DNA of 32,000 nt from Blochmannia endosymbiont of Camponotus nipponensis (lineage in GTDB: Bacteria > Pseudomonadota > Gammaproteobacteria > Enterobacterales > Enterobacteriaceae). The notes under the pieces were generated by a model. That model saw only the letters and a program-made list of their open reading frames with translations, ran no database searches and was not told where the DNA came from. The position numbers and the translations under genes were made by a program. This document shows positions 22,712-32,000 of the stretch, piece by piece. The stretch's first letter is position 1. Each line of letters starts with the position of its first letter. The stretch spans positions 570,001 through 602,000 of the forward strand of contig NZ_CP046534.1 in NCBI RefSeq assembly GCF_009827135.1, given 5' to 3'.

Positions 22712-24490
22712 ATGCATCATAGTTCTATGGATAAATCTTTTATTACAAAAGTTTATCCAATATTAGATGATTTGTTCTCTGTATTCAATTCTAGTGATTT
22801 TACATTACAATCTGCTTATACTGGAACGTTAATAGTTTGGATAAAACGTGAGATTGTGATCTCAGTGTTGATGTTTTTAAAAAAAATATCAAAACCATAT
22901 GTTATGTTATATGATTTGCATGGTATAGATGAAAGGTTACGTATACATCGTAAAGGATTGCCAAAATCAGATTTTACAGTATTTTATCATTTGATTTCTA
23001 TAGGGCGCAATGATGACATAATAATAAAAGTGCCTTTATTAGAACAGTCTTTGTATCTGTCAACAATAGTGCCTTTGTTTGTAAATGCAAATTGGTATGA
23101 ACGGGAAACTTGGGAAATGTTTGGAATACATTTTGATCATCATCCCAATTTGACGCGTATAATTATGCCAAAAAACTGGGAAGGATATCCGTTGCGCAAG
23201 GATTATCCAGCTCGTGCTACAGAGTTTAATCCTTTTACTCTTACAAAACAAAAAGAGGATTTAGCAATGGAAGGGTTATTATTTAAACCAGAAGAATGGG
23301 GTATGAGTAGACATACTAAACATGAAGACTTTATGTTTCTTAATTTAGGCCCTAATCATCCTTCTGTGCATGGAGTATTTCGTATTATCTTACAACTAAA
23401 TGGAGAAGAAATCATAGATTGTGTTCCAGATATTGGTTATCATCATAGAGGTGCTGAAAAAATGGGGGAACGACAGACCTGGCATAGTTATATTCCTTAT
23501 ACTGATCGTATTGAATATTTAGGGGGATGTATTAATGAAATGCCTTATATATTGGCTGTTGAAAAACTTGCTGGTATTACAGTGTCGGATAGAGTCAAGG
23601 TAATTCGTGTTATGTTGTCTGAGTTATTTAGGATTAATAGTCATTTGTTATATATTAGTACTTATATACAAGATATAGGTGCTATGTCTCCGGTTTTTTT
23701 AGCATTTACTGATAGACAAAAAATTTATGATGTTATTGAAGCCATCACTGGATCTCGTATGCATCCTGCATGGTTTCGTATTGGAGGGGTTGCGCATGAT
23801 TTACCTAAAGGTTGGGATGCTTTGTTGAGAAAATGTCTTGATTGGCTACCACATCGTGTTTCTTTTTATGTTAAATCGACGTTGAACAACAGTATTTTAA
23901 AAAAACGGGCTTGTGGTATTGGTGCATATAATGCCAAGGACGCATTAGATTGGGGAGTAACTGGTGCAGGATTACGTGCTACTGGTATTGAGTTTGATAT
24001 ACGTAAATCGCGTCCTTATTCTGGATATGAAAATTTTGATTTTGATGTGCCAACAGGAGATGGTATAAGTGACTCTTATAGCCGAGTAATTTTAAAAGTA
24101 GAAGAGATATATCAAAGTATACGTATTTTAGAACAATGCTTACAGAATATGCCAATAGGACCTTTTAAAGCGGATCATCCTTTAACTACCCCTCCTATGA
24201 AAGAATATACTTTACGGCATATTGAAACTCTTATTACTCATTTTCTTCAAGTATCATGGGGTCCCGTTATACCAGCGAATGAATCTTTTCAAATGATTGA
24301 AGCGACTAAAGGTATTAATAGTTATTATTTAATTAGTGATGGAAATACTGTGAGTTACCGTACTCGTATTCGTACTCCTAGTTTTCCACATTTACAACAA
24401 ATTCCACATGTTATTCGTGGTAGTCTAATATCTGATTTAATTGTATATTTGGGCAGTATTGATTTTGTTATGTCTGATGTAGATAGGTGA
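22712..24490 (+). CDS. nuoC: NADH-quinone oxidoreductase fused subunit C/D
   Basis: A single ORF covers both the NuoC-like part ([23 protein letters not shown]) and the NuoD-like part ([16 protein letters not shown]...[13 protein letters not shown]...[12 protein letters not shown]), the fusion typical of Enterobacterales. The start is either the ATG at 22712 (592 aa) or the TTG at 22700 (596 aa, the ORF-track call). Neither has a strong SD. Confidence 0.93.
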   Translation: MHHSSMDKSFITKVYPILDDLFSVFNSSDFTLQSAYTGTLIVWIKREIVISVLMFLKKISKPYVMLYDLHGIDERLRIHRKGLPKSDFTVFYHLISIGRNDDIIIKVPLLEQSLYLSTIVPLFVNANWYERETWEMFGIHFDHHPNLTRIIMPKNWEGYPLRKDYPARATEFNPFTLTKQKEDLAMEGLLFKPEEWGMSRHTKHEDFMFLNLGPNHPSVHGVFRIILQLNGEEIIDCVPDIGYHHRGAEKMGERQTWHSYIPYTDRIEYLGGCINEMPYILAVEKLAGITVSDRVKVIRVMLSELFRINSHLLYISTYIQDIGAMSPVFLAFTDRQKIYDVIEAITGSRMHPAWFRIGGVAHDLPKGWDALLRKCLDWLPHRVSFYVKSTLNNSILKKRACGIGAYNAKDALDWGVTGAGLRATGIEFDIRKSRPYSGYENFDFDVPTGDGISDSYSRVILKVEEIYQSIRILEQCLQNMPIGPFKADHPLTTPPMKEYTLRHIETLITHFLQVSWGPVIPANESFQMIEATKGINSYYLISDGNTVSYRTRIRTPSFPHLQQIPHVIRGSLISDLIVYLGSIDFVMSDVDR

Positions 24491-24503
24491 TGAATGAGGA
24501 AAT

Positions 24504-25028
24504 ATGAGTAATATTAAATTTAGTGATGTAGCTCCTGTTAGTTTCGCTAATAATGGTATTTTTGAATTAAGTCAAGAAGAATATTCTGCTATTCAAGAAG
24601 AGTGTACACATTATGAAGATATACGTGCTGCTTCTGTTGAATCTTTAAAAATAATTCAAAAAAATCGAGGTTGGGTGCCAGATGAGGCAGTAATATTGAT
24701 TGCTAAAATATTACGTATTTCTGTTGCTGATGTAGAAGGTGTAGCTACATTTTATAATCAAATTTTTCGTCAACCGGTAGGGCGTCATATTATTCGGTAT
24801 TGTGATAGTGTAGTATGTTATTTATTTGGATGTGAAAAAATTCAAAAAACCTTAACATGTGTATTAAAAGTTGAAGTGGGTAATACAACTTCAGATAATC
24901 GGTTTACCTTAATACCTACTTGTTGTTTAGGTAGGTGTCATAAATCTCCAGTTATTATGATAAACAAAGATATTTATTTCCGCATAGTCCCAGAAACGCT
25001 TATAAAATTGTTGGGGCAGTATTTATGA
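24504..25028 (+). CDS. nuoE: NADH-quinone oxidoreductase subunit E
   Basis: 174 aa. [25 protein letters not shown] and [30 protein letters not shown]...PTCCLGRC (the 2Fe-2S cysteines) match E. coli NuoE. GAGGA lies 5 nt upstream of the ATG. Confidence 0.95.
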   Translation: MSNIKFSDVAPVSFANNGIFELSQEEYSAIQEECTHYEDIRAASVESLKIIQKNRGWVPDEAVILIAKILRISVADVEGVATFYNQIFRQPVGRHIIRYCDSVVCYLFGCEKIQKTLTCVLKVEVGNTTSDNRFTLIPTCCLGRCHKSPVIMINKDIYFRIVPETLIKLLGQYL

Positions 25029-26356
25029 ATAATACTTATAACATTAACCCAGAAAATAATCCCCTTACATGGAGAATGCGTGACGATAAACAACCAGTGT
25101 GGTTACGTGAATATCAATCTAAAAATGGATATTTCGCTGCATATAAGGCGATTGCTCATATGGCTCCACAGGAAATTATTGAATTGATTAGAAATTCGGG
25201 TTTAAGAGGGCGTGGTGGTGGAGGTTTTTCTACCGGAACAAAATGGTTGATGATGTCTCAAAATAAGTCCGATTGTTCTCGTTATTTAGTGTGTAATGCA
25301 GATGAGATGGAACCGGGAACCTATAAAGATCGTTTTTTAATGGAGCGATTACCCCATTTATTATTAGAAGGTATGTTAATTGCGAGTTATGCTTTAGGGG
25401 TATCACGAGCGTATATCTTTTTGAGATATGAATATATGATTGCTGCTGAATATTTAACTCGTGCCATCTCTGAAATTAAATCAATTGGATTATTTGGTAA
25501 AAATATTTTAAACAGTGAGTTTAGTTTTGAATTATTTTTACACACGGGAGCTGGAAGATATATTTGTGGAGAAGAAACGGCTTTAATTAATGCTTTAGAA
25601 GGTCGTCGGGCGGTGCCGCGCGCTAAACCACCGTTTCCAAGTCACATAGGATTGTGGGGGAAACCTACCTGTGTCAATAATGTTGAAACATTATGTAATA
25701 TTCCAGGGATTGTTGAGCATGGAGCGACATGGTATAGAAATATTTCTGCTAAAAAAAGTAATGATTCAGGTACAAAATTAATGGGATTTTCTGGTCGAGT
25801 AAAGAAGCCAGGGGTTTGGGAATTACCTTTTGGCATAACTACCAGGGAAATTTTAGAAGATTATGCTCAAGGTATGTGTATTGGTTATGTCTTAAAAGCA
25901 TGGCAACCTGGAGGTATAAGTACAGATTTTTTAATTCAAGATCATTTGGATACACCTATGGATTTTGAGAATATTGCCGCTTCCGGTAGTCGTTTTGGTA
26001 CTGGTATGGCAATAGCAATAGATAATACTGTGAATATGGTTTCTTTAGTACGTAATTTAGAAGAATTTTTTTCGCGAGAATCTTGTGGTTGGTGTACTCC
26101 ATGTAGGGATGGATTGCCATGGATAGTAAAATTATTAATTTCTTTGGAAAGTAAAGATGGTAGACCTGGTGACATAGATTTGTTAGAGAAATTGTGCTGT
26201 ACACTTGGACCTGGAAAAACTTTTTGCGCCCATGCTCCAGGTGCCATAGAACCTTTAAAAAGCGCCTTAAAATATTTCCGAAATGAATTTGAATCAGGTA
26301 TTTGTAAATTTTATAAAAAGGACAGAGATCATATTAGCTGTGTGCAAATTAATTAA
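25025..26356 (+). CDS. nuoF: NADH-quinone oxidoreductase subunit F
   Basis: 443 aa. The FMN/NADH motifs [13 protein letters not shown] and [14 protein letters not shown] and the 4Fe-4S motif [12 protein letters not shown] are present. The start overlaps the nuoE stop in an ATGA overlap (25025-25028). Confidence 0.95.
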   Translation: MNNTYNINPENNPLTWRMRDDKQPVWLREYQSKNGYFAAYKAIAHMAPQEIIELIRNSGLRGRGGGGFSTGTKWLMMSQNKSDCSRYLVCNADEMEPGTYKDRFLMERLPHLLLEGMLIASYALGVSRAYIFLRYEYMIAAEYLTRAISEIKSIGLFGKNILNSEFSFELFLHTGAGRYICGEETALINALEGRRAVPRAKPPFPSHIGLWGKPTCVNNVETLCNIPGIVEHGATWYRNISAKKSNDSGTKLMGFSGRVKKPGVWELPFGITTREILEDYAQGMCIGYVLKAWQPGGISTDFLIQDHLDTPMDFENIAASGSRFGTGMAIAIDNTVNMVSLVRNLEEFFSRESCGWCTPCRDGLPWIVKLLISLESKDGRPGDIDLLEKLCCTLGPGKTFCAHAPGAIEPLKSALKYFRNEFESGICKFYKKDRDHISCVQIN

Positions 26357-26460
26357 AATATTTATAAATAAATTCATTATATGCAATGTGTATGTGTAAT
26401 ACACATGAGAGGTGTGAGTTTTTTTTGGACACAAATAAAAAAATAAAATCGGTAATTAAA

Positions 26461-29217
26461 ATGATGATTTCTATTTATATAGAAGGAAAAAAGTACATAG
26501 TGGAAGATTCAAAAAACGTACTGGAAGTATGTTTATCTCTTGGATTCGATGTTCCATATTTTTGTTGGCATCCTGCTTTAGGCAGTGTTGGAGCCTGTAG
26601 ACAATGCGCAGTAAAACAATATTTTGATAATAAGATAAACGATACGAAAGGTCATTTGGTGATGTCTTGTATGACACCAGTATTAGATGGTAGTTGTATT
26701 ACCATTGTTGATAATGAGGTAGAAGAATTTAGAAGGAATATATTAGAGTTACTGATGATTAATCATCCTCATGACTGTCCGATATGTGAAGAGGGAGGTA
26801 ATTGTCATCTTCAAGATATAACAACAATGGTTGGCCAAACATATCGTCGTTACAGATTTACTAAACGTACGCATTATAATCAATATTTGGGACCATTTAT
26901 TGCGCATGAAATGAATAGGTGCATTACTTGTTATCGTTGTACACGGTATTATAATGATTACGCTGATGGTGACGATTTAGGTGTATTTGGGGTGCATGAC
27001 AATATTTATTTTGGGCGATCAAAAGATGGTATGTTACAAAGTGAATTTTCTGGTAATTTAATAGAGATATGTCCTACTGGGGTCTTTACTGATAAAACTC
27101 AGTTACAACATTATGCCCGTAAATGGGATACTTTGTTTACTCCTAGTATTTGTCAACAATGCAGTATTGGGTGTAATATTATTTTAGGTGAACGTTACGG
27201 AAAGCTATGTCGTGTTGAAAATCGTTATAATGGTGATATTAATGGTTATTTTTTATGTGATCGTGGGAGGTTTGGCTGTGGTTATGTTAATGCTGAAAAT
27301 AGACCTAGGAATCCTTTGTATAGGAAAGATGATGCTTGGGGTATATTGAGTGAAAAAAAAGCGATACGAGTAGCTGCTAATGCATTAAAATATAATTGCA
27401 AGAGGATAATTGGTATTGGATCGTCTCGTGCTAGCATGGAAAGTAATTTTGCTTTATTGAAACTAGTAGGATCGGAAAATTTTTATGCTGGTATTAATAG
27501 TTTTGAGCATGAGCGATTGTCGTTAATACTTAAAATATTATGTGATAGTGGTATTTATGTTCCATCGTTACGTGAAATAGAAAGTTATGATACAATATTA
27601 ATATTAGGAGAGGATATAACTCAAACTGGAGCGCGAGTAGCATTATCGGTACGTCAGGCTGTTAAAGGAAGAGCGCGTAAGGAAGCAAAGATTCAAGGCA
27701 TTTTTGATTGGCAGTCTGCAGCTATTATAAATAGCTCCCAAGGGAGTAAAAATTCTGTGTTAATTACTGGGATAGATAAAACGAAATTAGATGATGTTGC
27801 TATATTAACATATTATGATTCGTTACAGAATCAAGCAAGGTTTGGTTTTGCTATTGCTCATGCATTAGATCATACTGCTCCGGAAGTTAATGATTTTGAT
27901 CCTAAATTAAAAGATAAATTAAATATAGCTGTACAAATATTAATAGCAGCGCGCAAGCCGTTAATTATTTCAGGAAGTAATTCAGGTAGTAAAGAACTAA
28001 TTGCCTCTGCAGCAAATGTTGCTCGTGCTTTAAAAAATCGTGGCAGTGAAGTTGGAATTACCTTTATTGTAGATGCAGTAAATAGTATGGGTTTAGTAAT
28101 GTTGGGTGAAAAAAATATTGATGCTGCTTTTACAGATATTTGTAGTGATGATACTTCGTCTGTTGGTCTAATAGTATTAGAAAATGATTTATATCGTCAT
28201 GTAAAATCTACTCAAATTGATATTGCCTTAAATAAAATTAGTTATCTCATTACGTTAGATCACCAATATAATTTGATTCAAGATAAGGCAAATTTAATTT
28301 TGTCAGTTTCTAATTTTGCTGAAAGTGATGGAACTGTGGTGAATTATGAAGGACGTGCACAAAGGTTTTTTCGATTATATAAACCCCAGAATTATGATAA
28401 AAATACAGTTGTTTTGGAAAGTTGGAGGTGGTTGTATTTAATACATGATGTTTATACAAATTATATTAGAAAAAAAAGTTTGCATATTGATCAGATTGTA
28501 GATGATATCATTTATTATTTTCCAAAATTAATGGGAATTAAACGAGCTTCTCCGAATGCATCTTTTCGTATTCATGGGCAAAAATTGGCTCGGGCACCAC
28601 ATCGTTATAGCGGACGTACAGCGATGTATGCTAATGTTGACGTACATGAACCCTATGTATCAAAAGATGATAATACGATGTTTTCTTTTTCTATGGAGGG
28701 TAGTCATAATGCCCAATCTTTGCATAAACAAGTAGCATTTGCATGGGCTCCAGGATGGAATTCTCCACAAGCTTGGAATAAATTTCAAGATAAAGTTGGT
28801 GGACATTTATGTTCTGGAGATCCAGGAGTACGTTTATTATACGCTAATAATGTGGCAACATTGAATTGGTTTGATACGATTCCAAAAGTTTTTAAGGTAA
28901 TTAAAAATGTCAATCGATGGTTGATAGTGCCTTATTGGCATTTATTTGGCAGTGAAGAGACTTCTCAGCGTTCTAAGTGTATTCAGGATTGCATGTTAAA
29001 TCCTTATGCTATGATTAACCAATTAGATGCTTTAAGGTTAAAAATACAAAAAAACATGTTGTTGCAATTTACATGCGCCGATCAAATCTTATGTTTACCA
29101 ATGAAGTTGAGCGTTAACCTACCTACAGGCCACATTGGATTACCGTTAGGTTTTCCAGATATTCCTGTATTTTTATCTGGTATGTATGCACAGGATGTGC
29201 AAGGAGTATTATCTTGA
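26461..29217 (+). CDS. nuoG: NADH-quinone oxidoreductase subunit G
   Basis: [54 protein letters not shown] aligns from residue 1 with E. coli NuoG (MATIHVDGKEYEV...). The Fe-S motifs [18 protein letters not shown] and [11 protein letters not shown] are conserved and the protein is colinear to its C-terminus (918 aa against about 908). The ORF-track start at 26386 adds 25 non-homologous residues. Confidence 0.93.
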   Translation: MMISIYIEGKKYIVEDSKNVLEVCLSLGFDVPYFCWHPALGSVGACRQCAVKQYFDNKINDTKGHLVMSCMTPVLDGSCITIVDNEVEEFRRNILELLMINHPHDCPICEEGGNCHLQDITTMVGQTYRRYRFTKRTHYNQYLGPFIAHEMNRCITCYRCTRYYNDYADGDDLGVFGVHDNIYFGRSKDGMLQSEFSGNLIEICPTGVFTDKTQLQHYARKWDTLFTPSICQQCSIGCNIILGERYGKLCRVENRYNGDINGYFLCDRGRFGCGYVNAENRPRNPLYRKDDAWGILSEKKAIRVAANALKYNCKRIIGIGSSRASMESNFALLKLVGSENFYAGINSFEHERLSLILKILCDSGIYVPSLREIESYDTILILGEDITQTGARVALSVRQAVKGRARKEAKIQGIFDWQSAAIINSSQGSKNSVLITGIDKTKLDDVAILTYYDSLQNQARFGFAIAHALDHTAPEVNDFDPKLKDKLNIAVQILIAARKPLIISGSNSGSKELIASAANVARALKNRGSEVGITFIVDAVNSMGLVMLGEKNIDAAFTDICSDDTSSVGLIVLENDLYRHVKSTQIDIALNKISYLITLDHQYNLIQDKANLILSVSNFAESDGTVVNYEGRAQRFFRLYKPQNYDKNTVVLESWRWLYLIHDVYTNYIRKKSLHIDQIVDDIIYYFPKLMGIKRASPNASFRIHGQKLARAPHRYSGRTAMYANVDVHEPYVSKDDNTMFSFSMEGSHNAQSLHKQVAFAWAPGWNSPQAWNKFQDKVGGHLCSGDPGVRLLYANNVATLNWFDTIPKVFKVIKNVNRWLIVPYWHLFGSEETSQRSKCIQDCMLNPYAMINQLDALRLKIQKNMLLQFTCADQILCLPMKLSVNLPTGHIGLPLGFPDIPVFLSGMYAQDVQGVLS

Positions 29218-30191
29218 TGTTTTGTGCATTAGAAACTATTATTACAATGCGTTGTGTTTCTGCTATTTTTCATGCAGTAGTTATTTTGTTAGTAGTAATG
29301 GTTTGTGGTGTGTACATGAGTTTTTTAGAGCGTAGATTATTAGCTTTGTTTCAAAATCGTTATGGTCCTAATAGAGTAGGTTGGAATGGTTCATTGCAGT
29401 TATGGGCTGATTTAATAAAAATTATGTTTAAAGAGGATTGGATTCCTCCATTTTCTGATCGTGTTATATTTGTTGTGGCGCCAGTGATAGCTTTTGTTGT
29501 ATCACTAATGAGTGTATTAATTATTCCTTTTACTCCTACCTGGATAATATTAGATTGTGATATTGGTGTATTGTTCTTTCTTATGATGTCAGGACTAATG
29601 GTGTATTCAGTATTACTTGCAGGTTGGGCAAGTAATAATAAATATGCTTTAATTGGAGCTGTCCGTGCCGCGGCTCAAACGCTTAGTTACGAAGTATTTT
29701 TAGGGTTGTCTGTAATGGGTGTAGTTGCTAAAGCTGGATCGTTCAATTTAAAAAATATAGTTGAAGATCAATTATGTCTATGGAATATAATTCCTCAATT
29801 TTTAGGGTTTGTTACTTTTTTGTTAGCGGGTATAGCTGTATGTCATAGACATCCATTTGACCAACCAGAATCAGAACAAGAGTTGGCTGACGGTTATCAT
29901 ATTGAATATTCTGGTATTAAATTTAGTTTATTCTTTATTTCCGAGTATATCAGTATGATTGTTATTTCATCATTAATTGTGACATTATTTTTGGGAGGTT
30001 GGCAAGGACCTTGGTTTCCTCCTGTTATTTGGTTTTTTTGTAAAACTTTTTTATTTTTAATGTTGTTTGTATTAATACGCGCGGCATTACCGCGTCCACG
30101 TTACGATCAAGTTATGTTGGTAGGTTGGAAGATTTTTTTACCTCTTGCGTTATTTAATTTGTTAAGTACCGCTGTTATCATTTTGATATAA
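29217..30191 (+). CDS. nuoH: NADH-quinone oxidoreductase subunit H
   Basis: [34 protein letters not shown] and [25 protein letters not shown] match E. coli NuoH. The ATG at 29217 overlaps the nuoG TGA by 1 nt (TGATG). The TTG at 29214 is an alternative. AAGGAG lies at 29201-29206. Confidence 0.94.
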   Translation: MFCALETIITMRCVSAIFHAVVILLVVMVCGVYMSFLERRLLALFQNRYGPNRVGWNGSLQLWADLIKIMFKEDWIPPFSDRVIFVVAPVIAFVVSLMSVLIIPFTPTWIILDCDIGVLFFLMMSGLMVYSVLLAGWASNNKYALIGAVRAAAQTLSYEVFLGLSVMGVVAKAGSFNLKNIVEDQLCLWNIIPQFLGFVTFLLAGIAVCHRHPFDQPESEQELADGYHIEYSGIKFSLFFISEYISMIVISSLIVTLFLGGWQGPWFPPVIWFFCKTFLFLMLFVLIRAALPRPRYDQVMLVGWKIFLPLALFNLLSTAVIILI

Positions 30192-30215
30192 TTATTAATA
30201 TAGGTTAGATATATT

Positions 30216-30761
30216 ATGAAGAAGTTAATACAAGTTTTTATAGATATCGGTTCTATATTGCGTAGTATTTGGATGATAGGCATTCAAGCGTTCAGTAAGC
30301 GTGAGACTCATATGTATCCTGATGTTCCGTATATTCCTTCACCGAGATATCGTGGTAGAATTGTATTGACTCGAGATGATTCAGGTCAAGAGCGTTGTGT
30401 GGCTTGTAATTTATGCGCTGTAGCTTGTCCAGTAGGGTGTATTTCTTTAAAAAAAGGAGAATCTGTAGATGGACGGTGGTATCCAGAATTTTTTAGGATT
30501 AATTTTTCTAGATGCATTTTTTGTGGCATGTGTGAAGAGGCATGTCCAACAGCAGCTATTCAATTGACTCCAGATTTTGAGATGAGTGATTTTAAAAGAA
30601 GTGATTTAGTGTATGAAAAATCTGATTTATTAATTTCGGGTCCTGGAAAATATTCGGAATATGATTTTTATCAATTTTCTGGTAAAGAAATATTGGATAA
30701 AAAAAAAGGAGATGCTAAAGAAGAAGCGAAGCCTATAAGTGTTAAAAACATATTGCCTTAA
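30216..30761 (+). CDS. nuoI: NADH-quinone oxidoreductase subunit I
   Basis: 181 aa. It has two 4Fe-4S ferredoxin motifs, [12 protein letters not shown] and [19 protein letters not shown]...[10 protein letters not shown]...[14 protein letters not shown] is near-identical to E. coli NuoI. Confidence 0.95.
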   Translation: MKKLIQVFIDIGSILRSIWMIGIQAFSKRETHMYPDVPYIPSPRYRGRIVLTRDDSGQERCVACNLCAVACPVGCISLKKGESVDGRWYPEFFRINFSRCIFCGMCEEACPTAAIQLTPDFEMSDFKRSDLVYEKSDLLISGPGKYSEYDFYQFSGKEILDKKKGDAKEEAKPISVKNILP

Positions 30762-30793
30762 CTTAAATGAAGAAGGTTAATGAGGAATATTAT

Positions 30794-31348
30794 ATGACGA
30801 CTTTATTTTATGTTTCTAGTGTTATAGCGATATTATCCACGTTATGTGTAATATTACATTATAATCCAATGCATGCTTTATTATATTTAATAATTTCATT
30901 TTTGTCTATATCATGTATTTTTTTTTCTTTAGGGGCATCTTTTGCTGGGGCCGTGGAAATCATTGTGTATGCCGGAGCTATCATGATTTTGTTTATATTT
31001 GTAATAATGATGCTTAATACGAAAACTATTACATCTGGTATACAAGAAGAAAATAGATTTTTGAGTCCTATATTATGTTATGGTACTGTGTTATTGGTAG
31101 GTATTTTATTTGTTGTTTTATTCTATATTGTGTTTGGATTAAAAGATTATATGATTAATACACATCAGTCAGTAATAGATTCAAAACAAGTTGGTGCTCT
31201 TTTGTTTGGGCCATATATATTAATGGTAGAGTTAGCGTCATTTTTATTATTGAGCGCGTTAATATCTGTGTTTCATTTGTCTCAAGAATATAAATTACTT
31301 GATGATGACTGTGTTACTTCTATTCAATCACCAGAATATCCAATATGA
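30794..31348 (+). CDS. nuoJ: NADH-quinone oxidoreductase subunit J
   Basis: [38 protein letters not shown] aligns with E. coli Nuo[39 protein letters not shown]. This start gives 184 aa, the same length as E. coli. GAGGA (30782-30786) lies 7 nt upstream. The ORF-track ATG at 30767 adds 9 residues and would read through that SD. Confidence 0.92.
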   Translation: MTTLFYVSSVIAILSTLCVILHYNPMHALLYLIISFLSISCIFFSLGASFAGAVEIIVYAGAIMILFIFVIMMLNTKTITSGIQEENRFLSPILCYGTVLLVGILFVVLFYIVFGLKDYMINTHQSVIDSKQVGALLFGPYILMVELASFLLLSALISVFHLSQEYKLLDDDCVTSIQSPEYPI

Positions 31349-31647
31349 TTCCTTTATTCCATGGTCTTAGTTTATCCATAATTTTGTTTGTATTAGGATT
31401 AATAGGTATAATAATAAGACGTGATTTATTGTTTATTTTATTAGGGTTAGAAATTGTAATTAATTCTGCTGCTTTAGCATTTGTGATAGTGGGGGCTTGT
31501 TTGGAGCAAGCAGATGGTCAGGTGATGTATATTTTAGTCATTACTTTAGCTGCTTCTGAATCTGCAATTTCTTTAGCATTATTACTGCAATTATATCGTC
31601 ATTATCATACATTACATGTTGATGATATTAGTGAGATGCGTGGATGA
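31345..31647 (+). CDS. nuoK: NADH-quinone oxidoreductase subunit K
   Basis: 100 aa. MIPLFHGL...[14 protein letters not shown]...[29 protein letters not shown] matches E. coli NuoK, which is also 100 aa. There is an ATGA overlap with the nuoJ stop. Confidence 0.95.
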   Translation: MIPLFHGLSLSIILFVLGLIGIIIRRDLLFILLGLEIVINSAALAFVIVGACLEQADGQVMYILVITLAASESAISLALLLQLYRHYHTLHVDDISEMRG

Positions 31648-32000
31648 ATCTACTTGTTTGGACTATATTTTTTCCGCTTTTAGGGTTTATTGCGTTAGCT
31701 ATTTCTCAAGGAAGATGGTCTGAAAAGACTTCTGGTATAATAGGAGTAGGTGCGGTAGGTATATCAGTATTTATTAATATATGTATTGTGTTTGATTTTT
31801 ATTGTAATTCTAGTAATTGTGTTGCTTTTGTGTTTGTTCAAAAACTTTGGACATGGTTTTCTATTGATGCTTTATGTATTAGTGTGTCACTTAGATTAGA
31901 TGGATTGTCTTTGATTATGTTATCAGTAATTACTGGAGTTGGATTTTTTATTCATTTATATGCTGCTTGGTATATGAGCGGATGTGAAGGGTATTCTCGT
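31644..32000 (+). CDS. nuoL: NADH-quinone oxidoreductase subunit L (5' partial, runs off the window)
   Basis: This gene is not in the ORF track because it has no stop codon in the window. The ATG at 31644 overlaps the nuoK TGA. My manual translation [36 protein letters not shown]...LWTWFSI...[37 protein letters not shown] is open for 119 codons. It matches the E. coli NuoL N-terminus (MNMLALTIILPLIGFVLLAFSRGRWSEN...[35 protein letters not shown]). Confidence 0.9.
   Translation, partial: MNLLVWTIFFPLLGFIALAISQGRWSEKTSGIIGVGAVGISVFINICIVFDFYCNSSNCVAFVFVQKLWTWFSIDALCISVSLRLDGLSLIMLSVITGVGFFIHLYAAWYMSGCEGYSR

Noticed and set aside
23060-23251. A 63-aa minus-strand ORF inside nuoCD.
   Set aside because: It is an antisense shadow ORF.
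25642-26247. Three minus-strand ORFs inside nuoF.
   Set aside because: They are antisense shadow ORFs.
26471-26677. A 68-aa minus-strand ORF inside nuoG.
   Set aside because: It is an antisense shadow ORF.

Overview
Read by eye only, with no searches or computations. This is a gene-dense, strongly AT-rich stretch of core chromosome from a reduced-genome gammaproteobacterium. It is probably an Enterobacterales insect endosymbiont, and the gene set suggests something Blochmannia-like, but that assignment is tentative. I can support 25 protein-coding genes and 4 tRNA genes, all with full-length, easily aligned E. coli orthologues. In order they are ptsI-ptsH-cysK (-), ligA (+), tRNA-Lys(UUU)/tRNA-Val(UAC) (-), gltX (+), tRNA-Ala(GGC) (+), nupC (-), mntH (+), tRNA-Arg(CCU) (-), aroC-prmB (-), fabB, pdxB, truA, accD and folC (+), then the NADH dehydrogenase I operon nuoA-B-CD-E-F-G-H-I-J-K (+). 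nuoL follows and runs off the 3' end; it is missing from the ORF track because it has no stop codon in the window. The order matches my recollection of the E. coli K-12 map from ptsHI down to nuo, with most intervening genes deleted and the aroC-prmB block inverted. I saw no IS elements, prophage genes, CRISPR arrays, toxin/defence genes or long orphan ORFs, so I do not find a convincing new biological system here. The points worth a second look are smaller. ligA ends before the BRCT domain. None of the four tRNA genes encodes CCA. Two GC-containing terminator-like hairpins on the + strand have no gene to terminate, and they flank the inverted block. nuoA has no ATG start available, pdxB probably uses TTG, and nuoC/nuoH each have a TTG alternative. 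cysK and ptsI carry long in-frame poly(A) tracts. Several spacers contain dyad symmetries. Homology and Shine-Dalgarno (SD) position argue for shorter starts than the ORF track at ptsH, gltX, mntH, fabB, pdxB, nuoC, nuoG, nuoH and nuoJ.
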